From Candidatus Latescibacterota bacterium (GTDB taxonomy: Bacteria > Krumholzibacteriota > Krumholzibacteriia > WVZY01), in the NCBI GenBank assembly GCA_963791045.1, contig CAWBQK010000001.1:166250-230249 (forward strand): DNA of 64,000 nucleotides. The letters run 5' to 3'. The position numbers and the translations under genes are program-made. Of this stretch, positions 57,681-64,000 are shown piece after piece. Within the stretch, counting starts at the first letter, position 1. Each line of letters opens with the position of its first letter. Under the pieces are notes generated by a model that was not told the origin of the DNA, ran no database searches, and saw only the letters and a list, made by a program, of their open reading frames with translations.

Positions 57681-58706
57681 TTGTACCTCCCATTTAAGGG
57701 TGCCCAGGCGGGCATCGCCATCGGGCTAACACTCCTGGCCACCATTATTGTGATCAGCACGGTCGGCTTCAGCATGATTGAGGACTGGTCGTTTCTCGAT
57801 TCGTTCTACATGACAATCATCACGATATCCACCGTCGGTTACAGGGAGGTCAGCCCGCTCTCAGCGGACGGCCGGATATTTGCGAGCTTTGTAATTATCA
57901 TGGGGTTGGGTACGGCGTTCTTCACGACCACGATGCTGGGCCGAGTGATTCTCGAAGGCGAGTTCCGCGGCACCGTACAAAGGAGAAGTATGCGGCATAA
58001 GATTGACGGTCTACAGAATCACTGCATCGTCTGTGGATTTGGGAGAACGGGACGCATCGTTGCGGAGCTTCTCAATGAAGACGGGTACCGGTTTTGCGTC
58101 ATCGAGAACGACAAAGCGGCGGAAGACGAACTGAAAGAGTTGGGGTATCTCTATCTGGTCGGCGACGCTACCGAGGCGGAGGTTCTTCGTGATGCGGGGT
58201 GCGAGCGGGCTCATGCCGTCCTCGCGCTTCTTCCCAGTGACGCGGACAACCTGTATCTGACGATGACCTCCCGCGAAGTCAACTCCGATGTCATGATTGT
58301 CGCCCGTGCGTTCGATGCCGCCGCGGAAATGCGTCTCAAGCGCGGCGGGGCGGACAAGGTCGTCTCCACCCACAAAATCGCGGCACACAGAGTCCTCCAG
58401 GCGGCGGTCCACCCCACCGTCGAGGAATTTGTCGATCTTGTTACCGACCGCCAGCAGCTCTCGCTATTCGTGGAGGAAGTAAAATTGAGCGCCAGTTCCG
58501 AACTCGCCGGGCTGTCGATAAAAGACTCCGGAGTCCGCACACGGTACGGGGTCATCATTGTGACCGTAAAAAAAGCATCCGGGGAAGTTATCTTCAACCC
58601 GGATGCCTCTGTTGTCCTCGTCGAGGGGGACACGATTGTCGCTATCGGAGAGAAAAACAATCTCAATCAACTGCTCATCGACACTCAAATAGAATCGATC
58701 GACTAA
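57681..58706 (+). CDS. Potassium channel with RCK (TrkA-N/TrkA-C) domains
   Basis: Two transmembrane helices with pore TISTVGYRE; HCIVCGFGRTG; GDAT; C-terminal FNP...GD motif; AAGGAG RBS. Confidence 0.92.
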   Translation: MYLPFKGAQAGIAIGLTLLATIIVISTVGFSMIEDWSFLDSFYMTIITISTVGYREVSPLSADGRIFASFVIIMGLGTAFFTTTMLGRVILEGEFRGTVQRRSMRHKIDGLQNHCIVCGFGRTGRIVAELLNEDGYRFCVIENDKAAEDELKELGYLYLVGDATEAEVLRDAGCERAHAVLALLPSDADNLYLTMTSREVNSDVMIVARAFDAAAEMRLKRGGADKVVSTHKIAAHRVLQAAVHPTVEEFVDLVTDRQQLSLFVEEVKLSASSELAGLSIKDSGVRTRYGVIIVTVKKASGEVIFNPDASVVLVEGDTIVAIGEKNNLNQLLIDTQIESID

Positions 58707-60515
58707 TCACTCCCCAAGCGCCGCGTAACGAACGAGCACATAGCGGTGAGTTTCAGCCTTCTTCATCTCCTTCGCCAGCCGTTGATGCGGTTCCTTGTTC
58801 CAAACAGTGTATTCCTCGATAAACGCGTCGGCGACCGCCTTGTCTCCTTTGTATTGAAGCGCCAGCACTTCCCTAAGCATCGCTTCGACAGTCTCGTGAT
58901 ACACATCGTAATGAATGGTCAGTTCGTTCTTTCTCCGGTCGTACTCGAGCAACCCCTGTTCGAGAAAATAATTCATCTGCATGAGCTGCATGGTCGCATA
59001 CGCTTGAGATTTCTTTGGCTGATTCTTCTGGAGAATTCTCCGAATCCCGTCTGCCTGCACCGACCTCAGCCGCTCCGTCGTGTAGTAGCGTTTTTTGTAA
59101 AGCCGCTTGGACACATAAAGTGAAATCAAATCCGCCTTCAGCTCTTCAAGGATCGACGCGTCCTCTTCGAACGCCACGTCGAGAATCCGGCCGTCTTCGG
59201 TGTAATCCGGGCCGAGATAGTGTCCGATCTCGTGCCACAGGGTTCTGAAAAAGCCGCCCCGCGGCTCGAGGTCATGGTAGAACTTTTCGCCCACCGCCGA
59301 ATCGAACGACGACTTGCGAATCGCGAAGATATCGGGATCGGTGAGAATGTTGTTTCTCAGCAGAATCGTTCTTCCGTACTTTTTAGTGATATACCGCTCG
59401 TTCGGCAGGATTGTGGCCGTATTCGCTCCGCGCGACTGGCCGAAATCCGCTATGATGTTGTACGCGTTGACGGGAATATCCGTTCTCACCGTTTTCTTCG
59501 GTTCGTACGGGAGAATGTCTTCCATCTCCTGGAGCCAATTCTTGACCGTATTGACCGTCGAACTCATCGCGGGATCCCTGACAAGAAGGCTCATGGCAAA
59601 AAAACTTTTTACGCCGAAGAGACCGTCGTCGTACGTTTCGTACGATCCGATTTCGGTGTTCAGATTCTGGAACCGGCCCGTCACCCACGATGCGTCGCCC
59701 GCTTCGTAGTCGTCCCGAAGCAGATCCACGGCCCGGTGTCTCAGGTAGCGCGCCAGATCGATATCGTCCCCTTCCACGAGATCCGCCGCCTGATTGAGAA
59801 GATCGAAAACCCGGGTTAACCGCGGCGCGAACGCCACTGAGTACGGCACGGCGTAGAACGCGCGATTCGATGACTCGTCCAGAAGACCGTTCAGTTTGTC
59901 TTTCAACCCCGGGTGGAGCGAATCGAGAATGGGAAAGGTTTCGAGTGTTGCCAGATCGGCGTTTATTTTGATCGGCAAGCCCCGCCGCACCACGGTTCTC
60001 ACGTGGAGAATCGACGACGACTCTTCCGGGTGTTCCGCCAGAAACGATTCAATCTCCTCTTTTTCCACTCCCCAGGGATAAACCGCTTTTCCCTTCGGTC
60101 TCTCGTCGACGGGGAGAAATGGCTCGACCTTATTGTCGAGATTTCTCATGACCGGGCCCTTTGCAAGCCGGTACAGATCGAGAAGATTCTGCGTGGCGGT
60201 TGGGTGCTCGAGCTCCGCGTCCAGCTTTACGAGCGCTTCGAAAGAGCTTTTGGCCTGAATATGACGAGAATCCTCATAGAGCCCCTGCATGATCTCGCCG
60301 ACCTCCAAAAGTATCTTCACAGCGCCCGCTTCGCCCCCCGTCAGATGCGACATTTCCGGGTCGAGCCTGACCGTCACCGTCTTATCCAAAACCTTCTGGG
60401 AATCCTTTTCCCCGAGATACCCCTTGGGTAGTTTTACCGCAAGCGCCACCGAGGCAAGAAGGAGCGCCGTACCAACCATCCATACAAGGACGATCTTTTT
60501 ACGCCTGTTTCGCAT
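58707..60515 (-). CDS. Secreted M49-like (dipeptidyl peptidase III-type) metallopeptidase
   Basis: Signal peptide; IGSYETYDDGLFGVKSFF; LPNE; HEIGH pentapeptide; LEELKAD. Confidence 0.8.
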   Translation of the reverse strand: MRNRRKKIVLVWMVGTALLLASVALAVKLPKGYLGEKDSQKVLDKTVTVRLDPEMSHLTGGEAGAVKILLEVGEIMQGLYEDSRHIQAKSSFEALVKLDAELEHPTATQNLLDLYRLAKGPVMRNLDNKVEPFLPVDERPKGKAVYPWGVEKEEIESFLAEHPEESSSILHVRTVVRRGLPIKINADLATLETFPILDSLHPGLKDKLNGLLDESSNRAFYAVPYSVAFAPRLTRVFDLLNQAADLVEGDDIDLARYLRHRAVDLLRDDYEAGDASWVTGRFQNLNTEIGSYETYDDGLFGVKSFFAMSLLVRDPAMSSTVNTVKNWLQEMEDILPYEPKKTVRTDIPVNAYNIIADFGQSRGANTATILPNERYITKKYGRTILLRNNILTDPDIFAIRKSSFDSAVGEKFYHDLEPRGGFFRTLWHEIGHYLGPDYTEDGRILDVAFEEDASILEELKADLISLYVSKRLYKKRYYTTERLRSVQADGIRRILQKNQPKKSQAYATMQLMQMNYFLEQGLLEYDRRKNELTIHYDVYHETVEAMLREVLALQYKGDKAVADAFIEEYTVWNKEPHQRLAKEMKKAETHRYVLVRYAALGE

Positions 60516-60552
60516 GTCTCTTGTTCCTTTCACAACCCCTGATACGACCCGA

Positions 60553-61941
60553 TTACTCGTTGTGCCACACGTCGCCAATCTCCGGATACTTGTCCATATA
60601 ACCACGGAAGAGTAGTTTGATTTCCTGCAATCTTTCCTCGGTCTTCGCCTCAAATCTCAGAACGAGTATGGGAAGATTGGACGACGCGCGAACGAGACCC
60701 CAACCATCCTCGAAAACCACTCTCGCGCCGTTAATATCGATAACCTTGTCAAAATCTCTTTTGAGTTCGGCGGTAAGCTGCTCGACGATTCCGTACTTCT
60801 TGTCATCCGGGCAATCGACATCGATCGCCGGAGTCGACACGTAGTACGGTGTGTCGTCAACGATCTCGGAAACGGTTTTGCCGACCTGCGACACGTACTC
60901 GGCAAAACGGAGTCCAGCGTACACCCCGTCATCAAATCCGTAGTAATTCTCGACAAAGAAAATATGTCCGCTCATTTCGCCGGCGAGCGCCGCCTTTTCT
61001 TCGCGGAGCTTCGCCTTGATGTGCGAGTGACCCGTCTTCCACATGATCGGTTGCCCGCCGTGCGCGATGATGTCCTCCTCGAGCGCCTGCGACACCTTGA
61101 CGTCAAAAACGATCTTCGCGCCCGGCTGCTTCTGGAGAACCTGACGGGCCATCAGGATCATGTAGCGGTCCGGCCACACGACCTGTCCCTTCTCGTCCAC
61201 AACCCCGAGACGATCGCCGTCGCCGTCGAACGCGACACCGAAGTCCGCTTTTTCTTTTAGAACCCTCGCGCCGAGCACTTCGACGGTCTCTTTCAGTGCG
61301 GGGTCGGGTTCGTGATTCGGGAAATCCGGATCGAGCTCGGTGAACTGTTCGATGACTTCGAGACCCGCCTCGCGAAGTATGCGCGGCGCAAATGCGCCTG
61401 CCGTGCCATTGCCCGTATCGACGACGACGCGAAGCTTTTTAGTAATGTTCACCCGTTCCGCAAGGTCCTTGGTGTAAGCGTCCGTCACCGATTCGGTGCG
61501 GACCTTTCCCTCGCCGGTCACAAATTTTTCACTCTCGACGACCTCGAGGATTTCGGCGATTTCGCTCCCAACCAGTGTCGTTGAAAAACCGCTGGCTAGC
61601 TTGAGCCCATTCCAGTCTTTCGGGTTGTGGCTCCCTGTTATCATTCCGCCGCCCTTTGATTCGAAGTGGTACTGCGCCCAATACATCATCGGGGTCAGAC
61701 AGAGTCCGATGTCGATGACATCCCGACCCGTGGAGATCAAGCCTTTGACCAGGGAGTCTTTCAATGATTTCGAGCTATGGCGCGAATCGTGACCGACGAC
61801 CACCGTATCAACGCCTTTTTCCGAAAGAAATGTCCCAAACCCTTTTCCGATCAACTCGACAACAGCCGGATTGAGTTCTTTGTCATTTACACGTCCCCGG
61901 ATATCGTATTCCCGGAACATCGATTTTTCGATTTTCGCCAT
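60553..61941 (-). CDS. Phosphomannomutase/phosphoglucomutase (AlgC-like)
   Basis: FREYDIRG; ITGSHNP; FDGDGDR; GEMSGH; GWGLVRASSN; GGAGG RBS. Confidence 0.96.
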   Translation of the reverse strand: MAKIEKSMFREYDIRGRVNDKELNPAVVELIGKGFGTFLSEKGVDTVVVGHDSRHSSKSLKDSLVKGLISTGRDVIDIGLCLTPMMYWAQYHFESKGGGMITGSHNPKDWNGLKLASGFSTTLVGSEIAEILEVVESEKFVTGEGKVRTESVTDAYTKDLAERVNITKKLRVVVDTGNGTAGAFAPRILREAGLEVIEQFTELDPDFPNHEPDPALKETVEVLGARVLKEKADFGVAFDGDGDRLGVVDEKGQVVWPDRYMILMARQVLQKQPGAKIVFDVKVSQALEEDIIAHGGQPIMWKTGHSHIKAKLREEKAALAGEMSGHIFFVENYYGFDDGVYAGLRFAEYVSQVGKTVSEIVDDTPYYVSTPAIDVDCPDDKKYGIVEQLTAELKRDFDKVIDINGARVVFEDGWGLVRASSNLPILVLRFEAKTEERLQEIKLLFRGYMDKYPEIGDVWHNE

Positions 61942-62113
61942 GAATTGCCTCCGTAAAGTGTATGGGCGCGTCGATCCCGCCGTATTGATGTCGAACTCCA
62001 AGACTCTACCCAAACACGGCGTCCGCGACAACCCAGAACTCGCACCTCCCTTCTCAAATGCCCCTTGCACGGCCGGCCCCGTGGGCCATAGAATCGTATC
62101 GGAGGTACATATA

Positions 62114-63370
62114 ATGACACACAAACTGTTGATTTCTGGATTTACCGCAATTCTCGCGTTTGTCATCGGGACCGGCGGCTGCGCGAATGCGGACACCGCC
62201 GCCGATTCCGCGGACAAGGGAGCCGCCGCCCGCATCGACGGCAGGGTGATTGACGCGAACAACGCCTTCGCCTTCGGCCTGCTCGGTAACACCTGCGCAT
62301 CGGGCGAGGACAAGAATATCTTTTTCTCCCCATTGAGCGTTTCGATAGCGCTCGCGATGACGTACAACGGAGCGGCGGAAGCAACCGCCGAAGCAATGGC
62401 CGGGGCACTCCGATATTCGGGGATCGAAACCGCCGATCTCAACCAGGCGTTGAAGGATCTCGACGACACGATGGCACAGGAGAACAAGGGTCTCCGGCTC
62501 ACCATCGCCAACTCGTTGTGGGGAAAGCAGGGCGTCGGGTTTTCTGACGATTTTTTTGACGTAAACCGCCGTTACTACGATGCCGAAATCTCGGTTCTTG
62601 ATTTCGCCTCCCCTGAGGCGCTCGGCACGATCAACGGCTGGGTCGACAAGGAAACCAACGGACTTATCGACAAAATTATTAACGTCGTCCCGCCCGAAGC
62701 GGTGCTTTATTTGATAAACGCCATTTATTTCAAAGGCACGTGGCAGACTGAATTTGACCCGGAACACACCAGCGATTTCGAATTCAACACAGCCGCGGGT
62801 GGGACCGAGCCCATTCGAATGATGAGGCAATCGGACTCCTATCGCTACGCGGAAGACGCAGGTATCCAGGCTGTGAGGCTTCCGTACGATGGCGACCGGT
62901 TCGCCATGTATGCGTTTCTCCCCGCGCCCGAATCCTCGATGGATTCGTTCCTCGATGATTTTGATGAAATCGCCTGGAAGGCATGGATGGAGAAATTCAA
63001 CACGGCCAAGGGAGATGTCTTCCTTCCGCGTTTCAAAATCGAATACGAGTGCACCCTGAATGGCGCGCTCAAAGATATGGGGATGGAAATCGCTTTTGAT
63101 CCGTCGAAAGCGAACTTCACGAAGATCGCCTCCTTATCGGGGAGCGGCGGGAATCTCTGCATCTCGGATGTCAAACACAAGGCGGTTGTCGACGTAAACG
63201 AGGAAGGGACGGAGGCGGCCGCGGTCACGTCCGTCGAAATCAAGGCGACTTCGGCTTCCCCAGATAAGCGCTTCACATTTGTTGCCGACCGTCCGTTCTT
63301 CTTTGCCATCCGCGATGATCTCAGTGGAAGCATCATCTTTATGGGGGTCATCCACCACCCATCATCCTGA
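62114..63370 (+). CDS. Serpin family lipoprotein (inhibitory-type hinge)
   Basis: GGAGGT RBS; lipobox GGC; NIFFSPLSV; INAIYFKGTW; hinge EEGTEAAAVT; FVADRPFFF. Confidence 0.95.
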   Translation: MTHKLLISGFTAILAFVIGTGGCANADTAADSADKGAAARIDGRVIDANNAFAFGLLGNTCASGEDKNIFFSPLSVSIALAMTYNGAAEATAEAMAGALRYSGIETADLNQALKDLDDTMAQENKGLRLTIANSLWGKQGVGFSDDFFDVNRRYYDAEISVLDFASPEALGTINGWVDKETNGLIDKIINVVPPEAVLYLINAIYFKGTWQTEFDPEHTSDFEFNTAAGGTEPIRMMRQSDSYRYAEDAGIQAVRLPYDGDRFAMYAFLPAPESSMDSFLDDFDEIAWKAWMEKFNTAKGDVFLPRFKIEYECTLNGALKDMGMEIAFDPSKANFTKIASLSGSGGNLCISDVKHKAVVDVNEEGTEAAAVTSVEIKATSASPDKRFTFVADRPFFFAIRDDLSGSIIFMGVIHHPSS

Positions 63371-63401
63371 CCCGATTTATTCGCGGCTCCGGTCCATAAA
63401 T

Positions 63402-63436
63402 AAAAAAAGAGCCCGGCCAGAAAGCCGGGCTCTTTT
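63402..63436. terminator. Bidirectional intrinsic terminator
   Basis: A7-GAGCCCGGC...GCCGGGCTC-T4 between the convergent serpin and Hsp20 genes. Confidence 0.85.
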
Positions 63437-63465
63437 GCGCCACATGGGCGACTGCGACAATTCGA

Positions 63466-63885
63466 TCAACTCACGTCGACTTTGCGTCCGACGGATTCGG
63501 GCTTTCTCGACAGGGTGACTCTGAGTATCCCATTCTCGAGTTTTGCTTTGATCGACTCGGAGTCGATCGTGTCACCCATCGTGAACGACCTTTTGTACTT
63601 CTCCGAACGGATCTCTCGGCGGAGAAGCCCTTCGGTCTCGACCGTGTCGGAACGCTCGGCGGTCACGACAAGCTCCTTACCTTCGACGGACACCTCAAGG
63701 TCCTTCTTGTCGACACCTGGGAGCTCCAGTGTGATCACATACCCCTGATCGTTCTCGTTTATGTTGACGAGCGGTGTCCGGAATCTTTCGCAGTCACTGC
63801 CCGGCTTGCACGATCCAACCATCGGGAACAAAGAGTCGAACATCGTATCGAACGTCCTGTTTGGATTGTATTTGGTCATAAACAT
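63466..63885 (-). CDS. Hsp20/alpha-crystallin small heat-shock protein
   Basis: PLVNINE; ELPGVDK; RSF; IKAKLENGILRVTL. Confidence 0.95.
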   Translation of the reverse strand: MFMTKYNPNRTFDTMFDSLFPMVGSCKPGSDCERFRTPLVNINENDQGYVITLELPGVDKKDLEVSVEGKELVVTAERSDTVETEGLLRREIRSEKYKRSFTMGDTIDSESIKAKLENGILRVTLSRKPESVGRKVDVS

Positions 63886-63948
63886 CTTTCTGCCTCCTGT
63901 TTTTTTCTAAATTGGCAATTGGTACTCTTTCTCAGCTACCCACGCTAT

Positions 63949-63964
63949 TGCAACGCCGATGCCA
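63949..63964 (-). promoter_or_regulatory. sigma54 (-24/-12) promoter of the Hsp20 gene
   Basis: Minus strand TGGCAT-CGGCG-TTGCA matches TGGCAC-N5-TTGCW, about 65 nt upstream of the start codon. Confidence 0.7.
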
Positions 63965-64000
63965 ATAGCGAACTATATGCATAACATGCTTATAAATATG

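Noticed and set aside
1-64000. CRISPR arrays, tRNA/rRNA genes, transposases, integrases, prophage or defence genes, selenocysteine read-through
   Set aside because: No regularly spaced repeats, cloverleafs or relevant protein motifs seen; the split genes are explained by frameshifts, not in-frame TGA codons.

Overview
A 64 kb chromosomal stretch from a moderately GC-rich diderm bacterium. Four secreted proteins end in a FlgD-Ig/T9SS-type C-terminal domain (PNP...WD...VASG.YxY) and one ends in 'TWGKVKSLY', which suggests the FCB-group candidate lineages (Krumholzibacteriota/Latescibacterota/Eisenbacteria); this placement is inference. Secreted proteolysis is a major theme: M6, C25 gingipain-like, matrixin-like, M28 and M49-like peptidases, a DUF885 lipoprotein, a peptide ABC-binding protein and a lipoprotein serpin. 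Central metabolism includes acyl-CoA dehydrogenase-etfBA, carAB under a PyrR-type attenuator, three-subunit pnt transhydrogenase and PMM/PGM. I found no rRNA, tRNA, CRISPR array, intact transposase or prophage. The most interesting signals are: (1) a Tat-exported redox module (DUF362 Fe-S protein, membrane polyferredoxin, two Tat/Fe-S aldo-keto reductases, uncharacterised periplasmic partners); (2) a candidate free-standing sRNA of about 150 nt with its own sigma70 promoter, FNR- and CRP/Rex-like boxes and terminator; (3) a thiolase-fold/DUF35 pair lacking the thiolase cysteines; (4) a YchF paralogue with degenerate P-loop and G3 motifs; (5) tandem Cys-decorated PQQ-type propellers. Three genes carry single-base frameshifts at short homopolymers, most likely assembly errors. 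All family assignments come from motif recognition by eye, not from database searches.
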